Below the pieces are notes generated by a model. The model ran no database searches, was not told where the DNA came from, and saw nothing but the letters and a program-made list of their open reading frames with translations. Below are positions 23,997-36,300 of a stretch of 51,696 bases of DNA, in pieces. The position numbers and the translations under genes were made by a program. Source of the DNA: Vitrella brassicaformis CCMP3155 (lineage: Eukaryota; Protista; Chromerida). Numbering within the stretch: position 1 is the first letter of the stretch; each line of letters starts with the position of its first letter. The stretch covers positions 1 through 51,696 of the forward strand of contig CDMY01000561.1 of the NCBI GenBank assembly GCA_001179505.1, in the 5' to 3' direction.

Positions 23997-25857
23997 ATGA
24001 CCGCTAAGCTTGCAAGGACACGGAGGGCGGATCTGTGGATGATGATGCTGAGGAAGCTTCCGATCACTGAATCTGCAAGGATGCAGCGGAGATTCTTCGC
24101 TGCAGCAGCAACGGCCGTAAGCAAGAACACACACACTGCCGTGTGCAGCACTGCACGTGTGTGGTCTGGCTCTGTTTGCTTGCTGCAGGCCGTCAGGAAG
24201 ACTGCGTTATACGACTTGCACGTGGAGCTTGGCGGCAAGATGGTGGACTTCGCCGGCTGGATGCTGCCCGTGCAGTACACAGACGGCATCATCAAGTCGC
24301 ACCTGCACACCCGCTCCAACGCCTCCCTCTTCGATGTGTCCCACATGGGCCAGGTGCGGCTGTTCGGCAAGGACAGGGTGGCCTACCTGGAAGGCCTCGT
24401 GGTGGGCGACATTGCTAGCCTTCAGCCGACTGAGGGGCGCCTGACGCTCTTCACCAATGAGAGGGGCGGCATCAAGGACGACTCGATCGTCACGGCTCAG
24501 GAGGACTATCTGCACCTGGTGGTCAACGCTGCCTGCACCGAAAAGGATGTGGCGCACATGAGGGAACACCTCGCGAAGGCCAAGGCCAAAGGTAGGATGG
24601 AACAGGCAGGCACCACAATGCGGTCAGACAGAGAGGTGTGGGTGTATCGTCTTGCTTGTCAGGGATGGATGTGGATATGACCTTGCTTGAAGACAAGTCG
24701 CTGCTGGCGCTCCAGGGCCCCGAGTCGATGTCGACTCTGCAGCGATACGTGCCTCCAGGCACCGACCTGACCAAGATGCCCTTCATGACGTCACAAGTTC
24801 TCACCGTCGACGGCATCCCTGACTGCACCGTCACCAGATGCGGATACACGGGAGAAGACGGATTCGAGGTCAGCCAGGGACAGAGTGACCGTGCTACCGT
24901 GCCTGTGTCCATCCGGTCGATGCGATGCATGTTCTCTTGTGTGTGCAGATCTCCGTGCCGAGCGAGCATGCCGTCAAGCTGGCCAGTACACTCTTGAGCA
25001 ATGAGGCCGTCCAGCCAGCCGCACTTGGCGCAAGGTACGGTACACGAACAATGGTGGTGGACACACACACACACACACACATCCTCTAGTGAGTGCTAAA
25101 TGTACGTGGGCTGTCTGTCTGTCTGTGTGTGTAGGGATTCGTTGCGTCTGGAGGCGGGTCTGTGTCTGTATGGCCACGACGCCGACGAGGACACCACACC
25201 CGTGGAGGCCGCACTCGTCTGGACCGTCGGTAAGAGAGGACACACATCGACCTGTGTTCATAGCTAATCCAACAGACAGACTGATCCATGACAATAAATG
25301 TGGATACATACGGGGTGTTTGTCTATCAATATGTATGTCTTTAGGGAAGCGGCGTCGGGCCGAGGGAGGCTTCCTGGGTGCCGACACGATTATCAGCCAG
25401 ATCAAGAATGGCGTCAGCAGGAAGCGGGTCGGACTCACCACAACCGGACCGCCAGCAAGAGGTGACACCTGAAGACACGACACGATCCCCAACCACGCAC
25501 CGATGTGATGTGTCTGCCCTTGGTGGTGTGTTCATTGTGTTGCTAGAGGGGGCTGACATCCTGTCTCCTGATGGCGAGAAGATCGGCAATGTGACGAGCG
25601 GCACCTTCTCGCCATCGCTGTCCAAACCCATTTCCATGGGATATGTGCAGACGCCCTTTTCCAAGGTGGATGGGGATGGCTGCAGTGCACGAACTCACAA
25701 CTTGTGTGTATACGGGCGTGGTGATGGATTGATGTACGTGTGTGCGTCAATCGATCAGGTTGGCACGAAGGTATTGCTGGAGGTTCGCGGCAAGAGCCGG
25801 GAGGCCGAGGTGGTCAAGATGCCATTCGTGCCCTCCAGCTACTACAAAGTGCCGTGA
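23997..25857 (+). CDS. gcvT: Glycine cleavage system T protein (aminomethyltransferase), mitochondrial; exact start Met uncertain
   Basis: [103 protein letters not shown]. Confidence 0.96.
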
Positions 25858-26536
25858 GCACCCGTCGAGTGGACTGACGATGCAGGCGATGCCGGCAAAT
25901 TGGGGGGAATACATGTGTGCATGTGCTTGTCGTGAATGGCTGATTGTTTGTATCATACATACTGCTGATGTCGTGCTCACTCACTCACCTTCGTGAGAGT
26001 CGACTTTTGTCCCACAGCATCCATCCCATCGATGGATGGATGGATTCGTTTTGCCCCATGGCTGCTCGTTTCAATGTCTTCATCGATTGATTGCCCTCAG
26101 GAGAGTCTATTGTGTGTTCATGCTGTGCATCGATCGCACCCATTCATTCATCCAGCGAGAGTTTTTTCATGCCTTCACTCACTGATGACCTTGAGTGCTT
26201 CCTGCGTGCTGTGTGCATCGCTTGCTGCCCTTCTACATGTGCTGTCGTGGGGCAGACAGACAGTTTTCCAGACGAGTGTTCAACGGACCAGACGTTGCAT
26301 GGATGGATGTCGACACATGACCATTTTTCTTCTCAACGCTGCATACATGTCTGCATGTCTGTCAAGTAGCCAACGAGGCAGCCAACGAGCAATCTCATAT
26401 CACAACACGGATGCATCCAGCTGCGCTGGACGGACTGTACACATATATACGAACACATCCGTTCGAACGCCCCAACCCTGCCCTCTCTGTACACCACGTC
26501 GTCATTGACCGCCCTGACACGATGGCGGTGAGGTTG

Positions 26537-27070
26537 TCACTGGTCTATCTTCTGTTGCTGCTCCTGCTGCTCTATCTGTTCTTGCCGGCGCTTCTCTTGC
26601 TCTTTCTCGAGAGACTGACCCTCGATCACCTCCACGTACGGCAGCGCGGCGCCCTTGGCCTCGTCGAGAGCCACCCAGCCACTCACGGGCGGCAGAGGGT
26701 TCCCCGTCTTCGCCACGTACACGCCATACCCGTCAGGCCCATCCATCCACCACTGACCGTCGCCCTTGTTCCTGCCAACCAACACACACAGCACGCAAAC
26801 ACCGACACATGACAGCCAAGCAGACAGACAGGTGTCCATCCCCTTGATGTGTCTGACTGACCAGTAGACATAGGAGCCGTTGTCGATGTGCTGAAACCAG
26901 AGATAGTCCGGGTCAGTGAGTCGGCTCCAGGTCCGCTCGGTCTCCCACTTGTTGGCCTCGCACACACTGCGGAAGCCGTCGGGGATGCAGTGGGCCATGG
27001 CCTTGTAATACCCGTTCACCGCCGCCACGCCCGCTCTCCTCACCTTCAGTGCAAGGTTCCGAGGCGCCAT
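26537..27070 (-). CDS. Conserved-looking hypothetical protein (Trp/Gly/Tyr-rich), 2 exons
   Basis: MAPRNL..AGVAAVNGYY..IPDGF..VC..W..W..SYVYW / NKGDGQWWMDGPDG.GVY..PPVSGW; the intron joins in frame. Confidence 0.7.
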   Translation of the reverse strand: MAPRNLALKVRRAGVAAVNGYYKAMAHCIPDGFRSVCEANKWETERTWSRLTDPDYLWFQHIDNGSYVYWSVRHIKGMDTCLSAWLSCVGVCVLCVLVGRNKGDGQWWMDGPDGYGVYVAKTGNPLPPVSGWVALDEAKGAALPYVEVIEGQSLEKEQEKRRQEQIEQQEQQQKIDQ

Positions 27071-27297
27071 GATAGATGGGCACGTGGAAGGGCTGTAGTC
27101 GGCAAATGCGATGGCTGAGAGGAAGACAGGCAAAGGCAAAAGCATGCACTGATCTGACTCCTCAGGAGCTGTCTTTCCGCTTTCAGCACGAGACAGTCCT
27201 CGGGAGCTCGCACTCGAGAAGGACATTCCGTCAAACTGCTCGGCTGGAGAGGAAGGAGAACTGCTGTGGAGTAGTGGTATCTTGTGTGTGTTGAGTC

Positions 27298-28388
27298 ATG
27301 TCGAAGAAGTTTGAGGACCCGTACTACATTGCCGTCGAGTGAGGCACACGCAAACACAGCACCAGAGTGGCAGATGGCCGACCTCCCATGGCTTGGTGAT
27401 CTGTGTGTGTCTGTGCAGTACGGTGAACACATCACTCAAGAAGGTCAACTCCCTTTTTTCTGAAGTCAACGATGCGGTAGGCACACCACGCCATGAACGA
27501 TGGAAGGAATCAATGACCACGTGCTGCCGCCTCACCATTTTCATGATCCGCAGAGCTTCGGCACTCGGCGGCGCGCGGACAAGTCTGACGTCAAGGGGAC
27601 AATACTGAGTGAGCTGCGGACGCTTGACTATGACATCCAGGACCTGGAGGCGTCCATCGTGGCGGTAGAGCGGGACCCGCAGAAGTTCAACCTGGACACA
27701 CGGGAGGTGCAGACGAGGAAGGACTTCGTGTCGTCGACCAAGGTGACCGTCCGCAAGATGCGCGACAAGCTCAACGCCATGCAGCGGGCGGCCGCTGAGG
27801 CGGAGGCGCCGCGGAGGGCCGAGGTGGAGAGGAGCAATGCCGCCTTTATCGGCAGCCAGAGGCAGGAGCAACAGGTGGGTAGGCAGGGACACTCATGAGG
27901 GCTGTGTGTCGATGCGGGTTGTTCGTGTGTGTGCAGACGTACATGCGTCAGCAGGATGAGCAGTTGGAGGAGCTGGCCAAGTCGGCCGAGCGGCTCAACC
28001 ACACCGCACTGACCATCAACCACGAACTAGAGGACCAGCAACGGTCGGCCAGCACACGATGAGATGAGAGGAAGGCTGCAGGAGTAAGGCATGTGTGTGA
28101 ATTGTTTGTATTGCAGGATGTTGAGTGAGTTGGATGAGGATGTGGACAACACGGCCGAGAAGATGAACTTTGTCATGAAGCGCATGGCCAAACTCCTCAA
28201 GACAAACGGTAGGCACCGTTCACCCACCCGACACACCCGGACGGATGCACACAGTGGTCTGCTCATGCATACGTACTCATGTATGCCTTTCCGTATGAAC
28301 GTGTGTTTCAGACACGCGTCAGTTGTGTCTGATCTTGCTGCTGGTGCTCATCCTGGTGTTGCTCTTCCTGCTCGTTTTGTACACATAG
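27298..28388 (+). CDS. STX6: Syntaxin-6/Tlg1-like Qc-SNARE, multi-exon
   Basis: EDPYY N-terminus, DLEASI..VERDPQKFNL..EV..RKDFV, SNARE motif QQDEQLEEL..I..ELEDQ..ML.ELDEDVD, C-terminal TM (LCLILLLVLILVLLFLLVL). Confidence 0.88.
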
Positions 28389-28689
28389 CATCCATCCCAC
28401 CCACGCCAGTCTGGCTCAGCCAATCAGTCAGACGCTAAAAGGCCGTGCATTTATGTAGCGGCAAAGACAGTCTGTGTAACCGTGTGTGTATGACATCCTT
28501 TGCTGCTGCGTCCTCGGGATCCACATGAAGTCGCGTCTCGCTCTACCCCCGGTGCGAGTATGCGACTTCGTGTGCATCTCCAGACGTCGCAGCAGGGACG
28601 GATGACGCACAGCAAAGGGACGGACACCCTTCCTAGAGCCGATGGGCACTTGTACTCTGTCAATGCGACTGATTTGATCAGTCAGTCAG

Positions 28690-31169
28690 TCAGTCCAGTT
28701 CTTCGAGCGGCCGTGAGTCTACTTCAGGCAGAGGCACGCGGCGTCTCCTCTCCACCTCTGCAGCCGTCAAACACCACTCGCCCTTTTCATCGCTCTCCCT
28801 CTCTCCTCTCTCATCGGCTTTGTGTGTGTCCTGGCCGGCCTCCTCTTCCTGCTGCTGCTGCTGCTGGTGCGTGTCGGTGCTAGTCTTCTTCTGAGACAGG
28901 TAGCTCTTCATGCTGGCTACCAACGCTGCACGGTGAGGATCCATGAGCGGAGGGGCCGGGGAGGGGGCGGGCGATGGACACGAGACTTCCTCTGCCGCCG
29001 CGTCGCGGTTGGTCTCGTCGCCAGCATTGCCCTCGTTCAAGTCCTCTTCCTCGATCACGATCCGTGTGGGCACCTCAACTGATGGATGATGTGTCCCATT
29101 CGTCTCTTCCTTCTCAGCCTCCTCGGCAGTCGGCTCGTCTGCAGCTGCTGGCGCTGTCTCGGTCTCCTCTGTCGGTGGCAATGGCGATGGGGCTGGTGGT
29201 GGTGGTGCGGTGGAGAGGGCCTCATCGGTGGCTGTGGTGGTGGGGCGGGTGAGGACGGGTGGTGTCGCTGACGGCGCACCCATGTCGGTGTCTGTCGACT
29301 CATCCCAACTCTCAGACAGAACTGACCTGAACGGATGTCACACACAAATCTGTGTAGGTGTAGAGATCGATGTGGTGTGGCATCGGACCTCTCTCTGCTG
29401 TGGTGGTCTGGTTCGAACACTTTCCACCCGGACTGCAGCAGACCTGTCCGCTCGTACTCATCTCGAGAGGCCGCCTGCGCCTCAGCCTCGCTGTGGGGGA
29501 GAATGGACAGACACGCTGAGACACACGGACGGGTGTCATTGACTCTGTGTGGCTGTGTACTGGTCGCATACCGGTCGATTCTGTCGAGTGCCTTTTTCAT
29601 TTTCTCTCTGTGTCTCTCCTGCATCTCACGGAAGTCGGCCACCATGCTGCAACTCGCCTCGTCCTGCAACACATACACGCACACATAGGCGGATGAGATA
29701 ATGACGATTAGCACGGGCTTCTTCTTCATCTCTGTCCACTGTACCTGTTCCTTTGCATACAGTCTGCGGGCCTCCCGCTCGGCCTCGATGCCGCCACGCA
29801 GCCAGGCCTCACACGCACGACTGATGGAGGAGAGAGATACATGGGCAGAGAATGTACTCCCTCTCTGGGTATGAATGAGTACATGTCTCCTTTCTGTGTG
29901 TACCGTTCCAGCTCCTTGACAGGGCGGTCATCGAGGTAGCGCAACTTGTGCAGACCTGAGCACATCCATACATTGCCATGTCAGTCAAGTCATCAAACAG
30001 TCCTAGGAGTGGGTGGGTTGCCCACCTGCGACAAGTTTCTTGCGATAGTGTGTCATTTTGCGTACGGCTGGGTTGCCGTGGAAGTAGAGACACAGCAGCT
30101 TGGGCATGGCACCAAACAGACCCAGACAGGCCTCCTCCATCGATGGGTCTGTTGTCGTGGTGGTGCTGATGAAGGACAGCGCCTGCCCGCCCTCACTCAC
30201 CACATCGATGTAGTTGTGAGACACGTCAACCTGGCACACACACACATATTGCGTCTTTGGCGTGCGTGGGTGTGCGTTGGTCGGTGGGCTGCTTACGTTG
30301 ACGATAGATGGGCATTCGAGCAGTCCCTCGAGGGCCTTGATTGATGTGAGGGAGTTGTGCGCAACCTTGAAATTCTCGAGGGACGTCAGGCACTGAACGA
30401 AACACCAAAGATGCATTCGTGTGCCGATGCAACGCACAGAGCCGGGCTCCTGTGGTCTCACAGCGAGGTTCTCGATGTTGCGAATTTGGTTGTGCGAGAG
30501 GTCCAGCGCCACCAGCTCGGTGCAGTGGTCTAGCCCCTCAATCCTATGGATGTTGTTCTGCTGCAGATAGCTGCATACAACCACGCAAACACACACACGA
30601 CAGACACACAGCGATGGTCGCTCCATGCCTGTCTGCGTGTCTGCCTTAATGTGTGTCTGCGGATGTCTGTCTCACAGGCATTTGAGGTTGACGAGTGGCT
30701 CCATGTTCTCAATCTTGCGGATGCCATTGCCCTCCAGATACAGCGCACGGACCTCGTAATACTCATCCAGATTCATGATCTACACAGACATACACAATCA
30801 TTCATAAACCACTCAATCATGCCCTGACAGATCCTCCCTGCCTCCGTCGCTCACCTTTTGGAAGCCCTTGAAATGCAGGTACAGTTTCTCATTGAGCCAG
30901 GGCGTCTCGTAGAGTCCCCTCTCGCGGCACACCTCCCTTAGCGTCTCGGGCGTCATGGGGTACGACAGGTCAGCCGTGCTCAGGGATCTCGCACCCGCAC
31001 TCGCCAGCACCTTCCTCACATCCAATGACGCGCTGTGGCTCTTGCGATAACTGCCGTGCCCAGTGCCGTGCTGTGCGGGCGCTGCTGCAGCGCCATTGAC
31101 AGTGGAGTGGTCCTGGGGTCGTTGGGCCTCTTCCGGGTGGTCAGCATCGTCGGGAAGAAAGCTGCTCAT
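28690..31169 (-). CDS. DNAAF1: Dynein axonemal assembly factor 1 (LRRC50/ODA7), LRR protein, multi-exon
   Basis: MTPETLREVC..GLYETPWLNEKLYLHFKGF, LYLEGNGI.KIEN, LYLQQNNIHRIEGL, LDLSHNQI..IENL, YFHGNP.VRK..HYRK, LRYLDDRPV..ER, EAW.RGG.EAER. Confidence 0.9.
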
Positions 31170-31470
31170 GGTGACGAGCACGTGAGACGGAGATGTGGGG
31201 CCGAGACGGCAACACCGTGGAGAAAAGAAAGAGGCACAAAAACGAGGGTGCAGGAAGATCTTACCCTTCTTCGATGGGGGCTACTGCTGCTCCTGCTGCT
31301 GGCTTCTGGCGTTTATTCGCTCCCCCGACCGACTGCGAGCTGAAAGGCGTCTGTCTGCCTTTCTTATAGGTACGCAATAACAAAAGATGTCGGTCACTTG
31401 AACGACCTCGAACCACCGTTGCCATGTGCTTGCCATTGCAGATCTTCCTTTCTGCCGCGGCGTCAGCGAG

Positions 31471-32127
31471 ATGACGACTCCGGTGCGCCTCGATGTGGGC
31501 GGGACTGAGTTCAAGACGGCGAAATCGACACTCGGCAGACACCCACAGACGCTGCTGGGGCAGTTCGTGACCAACGAGTCGACTGCTGAGTATCAGCTGA
31601 TCCAGCAGGGCCAGCCGGTCTTCATCGACGCCGACCCTTCGCTCTTCCCCTATGTCCTCGACTTCTACCGCCACGGGACGCCCATCTTCGTCGATGGCTC
31701 GGTGGACGTCCGGAGGGTGATGCGCGAGCTGCACTTCTTTGGCATACAACTGGACAGAGCACAGCTGCAGCCCCCCGATGAGCCCGAGACCAAGCCCCCC
31801 AAGAGCGAGACGCTGCGGCGGCTGGCCAAGAGATTCGCTGAGCTGATGTTGAGGGAGGACTGGCTGCGCAAATCCGTGGGGCAGTCAGTGTCAGGAGTGC
31901 CACCGCTTAACTTCACACAACTGCTGCAAGAAGCTATAACGGAGGTGTCGGAAGCAGAAGAGTATGCCCAAGCTTTGAAGACAAGCCAGGAGGAGCGGGG
32001 CATGTTTCTGGTCTGTGTCGAGGCCGAGGTGCAGAACGTCAAGCCGCGAAAAGATGTGCAAGTCAGGTATGCTGCAGTCAGGCCGTATGTTGGGAATACT
32101 GACGCGGTTTGGTTGCAGTATGAGTGA
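31471..32127 (+). CDS. BTB/POZ (KCTD/T1-type) domain protein, intronless
   Basis: VRLDVGGTEFKT..STL..HPQTLLG..FIDADPSLFPYVLDFYR..RELHFFGI. Confidence 0.88.
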   Translation: MTTPVRLDVGGTEFKTAKSTLGRHPQTLLGQFVTNESTAEYQLIQQGQPVFIDADPSLFPYVLDFYRHGTPIFVDGSVDVRRVMRELHFFGIQLDRAQLQPPDEPETKPPKSETLRRLAKRFAELMLREDWLRKSVGQSVSGVPPLNFTQLLQEAITEVSEAEEYAQALKTSQEERGMFLVCVEAEVQNVKPRKDVQVRYAAVRPYVGNTDAVWLQYE

Positions 32128-33345
32128 TGGGATGGACTCGACTAGTGTACCATCAGCTGAACAAAAGTCCGTCCAAGCAACCGTGCAAAGCGTTTTCACA
32201 GCAATGCACTGTTATGACGACCGATCTGTAGCCAGCAGCTTCGGGCAAGAAGCAAGTCGAATTCACTCCAACTCCATGCAAACACACTGATTAATTAATT
32301 AGTCCGGCCCTGCCCCTTCCTCTCCATCCAGTACTCTCGCCGTGTTTTGCCGGCCGGGCCTTCCTAGAGACCAAAAATACTCCCGAAAAAACGCGACGAG
32401 CAAACCCATCCATGCCGATGGCAGGAACAACCAATGTAGGCGGCCAATCCAATCCAACCATGGGTGGAAAAACGTACGTCTGTGGAAAAAGAACACAGCG
32501 GCTGTGCTGTACTCGACCGTGCTGGTGAGTGAGATATGGACAAGTCAAGTCACCCATCCAGGCTCCCGTAGCTCCCACATATAAAGCGCCTTCACGTCAG
32601 GAGACAGTGAGTGAGTCCGTCCGACGCACATGCATCAATCAAAAGGCGGTATGTCGATCCAGGCGGTTGAGCACTATCACACCCAAAACCGGTCCTTTCT
32701 CTGTCCATGTCGCGTATGCAGCCAGGATGCATGGAATGGGACGAACACCTGTACACACATGCAGCCAGGCACCACACCGACGGAGCGTTAGCCCACACGC
32801 ACCCTCACAATACCACGTGGCATCCACACCACACCAGACAGACCAGAAACAGCCAGCCGAAAAATCTGTCATAAACACACAGTGACGGGCAGTCAGGTCG
32901 ATACACACGCGCAGCGAGCGAGAAATCGATGCAGCGCGCGGTGTTCCTTTTTTCTTTTATGTACACGCGTCCACGCCATGCCAGGAGGCAATCCACCCAT
33001 CCATCCATCCATCCATGCCACAGTGCCATCCATCCATTCGCTCACCCAATCAATATTCACACTCGACCCATGCTCCCTTCCCTACTGCATGCAATGTCTG
33101 ACCGTTTGTCTGTGTCTCTCTGTGTCTCTCCGCACATGCACACCCAATCCCGCTCGCTGCGCGTGAGGGCCCTGTCCGCCCGGAGACCCGCTCACCCATC
33201 CACTCTCTCACGGAAAAATAGTCGCTTCCACGGAGGGGCGACCGGCATATACACACATACATACACATACATCAACACGCACCAATACACATATATATGG
33301 GTATACGCACGGCACGGCACACACACGTGTGAGTATGATAGCAGG

Positions 33346-36300
33346 TCAGTAGGCCTCCAGGTGGTATCGGTGTTCGCCCTTCATCTGCCGGATGATGCTG
33401 CCGCCGTCACAGATGCCCTCACTACACTTGATCAGAGCAGTCTTCAACAAGGAACCAACCACACGCACACGAAGAGATTGCTTCATATATGTGCCCATGT
33501 AGGTGTATATATGTGTGTGTGCATTCTATGCCCACCTCCATTTGGTTGAGGATCTTGCCGCTCGATCCGCAGTAGAAGAACTGGCAGTCGGGCCGCTGCA
33601 GCAGCTCCCACACAGCGGCGCCGTTCTCAGCTATCCTGCAACCACACAAAGCACACAAAGCACAGACACACACAGATGCATAGATAGATGGCCCAACGAG
33701 ACTCTTCTTCTGTGTGTGGCCGATGCGCCTGCTTACTTGTCGTGTATGTAGACCTTCTTCTTGGGGTCGTCCCGCGAGAAGGCGTAGAAGGAGGCCGACA
33801 CGCCGCCGTCCTGGATGTCCTCCTGACACACGAAGTCCTTGGACGCGTGCCGACACCCGTGCACCAACACAAAGTCGCCAGACAGACCCCTGAACATGCG
33901 CAGGCAGATAGATAGACGACCATGTGGGGACGATTGGATGCGCCAGTGGGTAGGTGGGTGGGTGGGTGGCTGACCTGTCCTTCCGTTCTTGCAGGAACGC
34001 TCTGACCGGCGCGAAGCCTGAGCCGACCGTCACGCACACCATGGGGGTGTTGCCGTCCATCGGATAGTTGAACACACCCTTGCGGAGCTGATGACAGACA
34101 ACACACAACACCATGTATAGACAACGCAAAGCACAACACACATGTGATCGATCTATTGACCGTGAGAATCTCCTTCCTCCATGTGTGTCGTGTCGGTCGC
34201 CTTGCCCTACCTTTCCTGCAATGGGTGTGGTTTGGATGTACTCGAGCGGCTGTCTGCAGATGTGTCCCGTGCAAAGGCCGCCCGGGACGTCCACCACCAG
34301 CAGCTCGATCTCATCGGGGCAGCGCGTGTCGGACGACGCTATGCTGTAGAACCGCGGGTGGATAATGTCACACGCAGACACTATCTGCAGGCAGCACACA
34401 TGATTGGTGATTGACACACACACACCGAGAGGAGAGGGAGACCAGACCGTCCGAAGGCATCCATGTATGTGTCCCTCTGTGGCTCATCCTCCCTCACCTC
34501 TGAGAAAGAGTACTTGCCCTTGGGCAGCGACATGATGGCCTCGGCGGCATTCTTGTGCGCCACGGCCTCAGGCGGTACGAATCCCGTGTCCGGGCTTACC
34601 AGCCGCCGCAAGTAGTACGGCACCGGCCCGTTGAGATCCACAAACTGCGACAGCAGCCGGTGCAGCGTCATGGGCATGCCGGGGAAGGCCCGCAGCGGGT
34701 CCTCGCTCGTCACCTCCACCAGCTCCTCGTGGGCTCTCATGGGGTCCTTGCCCAGCCACATGAGCAGCCGATCGACCAGCTCTGGTGGGTTGCAGGGCAC
34801 CAGGCCGAAGTGGTCGCCTGTGCGGTAGGTGCTGGGGCCGCCGGCGGCGCCGGATGGGACGGTGAACTTGAAGACGTACTGGGCGGGCTTGTATCCTTCT
34901 GGGGTCACGCGAACGCGGTCCTTGACGTGAATCTCGTCGAAGCCTGGTTGACACAGGCAGTGTCACACAAACACAGACAGGTGTGGGTGTCTGGTTCCCA
35001 AGCATCGAATCCATCTTTGTGGGTGTGTTAGTTACCGATGGGAATGAGTGTTTTGCAATGCTCCATGGCCGGTGGCGACACGGGTGTGGTGGCAGGCTTG
35101 ACGTGGATGAGCTTGGTGGCCGGGAGGTGCCACTGGTCCTTCTCGAAGCGGTGGTTGTAGTGCGTGTGGAACAGATGGTGACGCAGGTGCTCGTCCTTTA
35201 ACTCCCCTGCACCACACACACACACACACACATGCATATGGATGCATAGGGATTGATGGATGGATGGCTGCAGGTGTTCATTTGCGTCGGTCGGCTCGGT
35301 TCACTCACCCTTGTACAGTCTTTCGACGGCTGGGGTCTCGTGTGAAGCGAAGTATGTGGCCTTCTCGTCTCGCTTGTATAGCTCCTGCTGCCGCTTCTGT
35401 ATCTCCTTGAGGTCGAGCGCCCGCGGGTTGCCGGCACCGCCCACACAGCCACCCTCACAGTTCATCACCTGCAGGCACCAATGCGTTAATGCATGCATCC
35501 ACTGGATGTATATCGATGGATAGATGTTATGTGTGTGGGGGCGGGGGAAGGGAAGGTCGCGTGCCTTACCTCGATCATGTGGTACTTGTCCATGTGCGGG
35601 AGGACCTCCGAGAGGTGGTCCATGCCGTTGACGATGGCCACCTTGATCTCCACACCCTCCTTGACCGGCAGCACCAGCTCCTTGACGTCACCCTACCACA
35701 CACGACACGGACACAGACAGAAACACCACACGACACATGTGCCTATGTATGTGCTGTACAGGCCTCCATCCATCCATCCATCCCATGATGGCTGTCAATG
35801 CACCTACCTGTTGTCTGGCGGGCTGGAGGGAAGCGTGTGGCGGTTCGTTGCCCGTCACCATCTTGTACGCCGTCCGAGCGGCCGCCTCAAGCACACCTAC
35901 ACACACACAGAGAGAGAGACACAGAGACACAGAAGCAAGTATGTGCACACGCGAGATGAGCACATCCTGTGCAGTGCTGCGTGTGCGTACCCCCCGACGC
36001 GCCGAAGATGACGGCTCCTCCCGAATGTTCGGCGAACGGCTGGTCGAAGTGGAGCTTCTGTGTGTTGTTCTTGGCGGCCTCGAGGTCGAAGCTGCCCTGG
36101 TCCATCAACTCCTTGGTCGTTATCACAGCGTCTACACACAGACACACAGACAGACAGACAGACAGATAGGCGCACCTGTTGTGTGTGTGTGTCTGTGTGG
36201 GTGGATGGAAGATCAGATCGTACCAACGGCGTGTTCGAGCTGGACGCGCTGGACCTCGTCCTTCTTGGCGATGCAGGGCATGACCGACACCATGAAGATG

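Noticed and set aside
31471-32127. Intronless BTB gene as a retrogene or mobile element
   Set aside because: No poly-A tail, target-site duplication or transposase/RT motif; short intronless family members are unremarkable.
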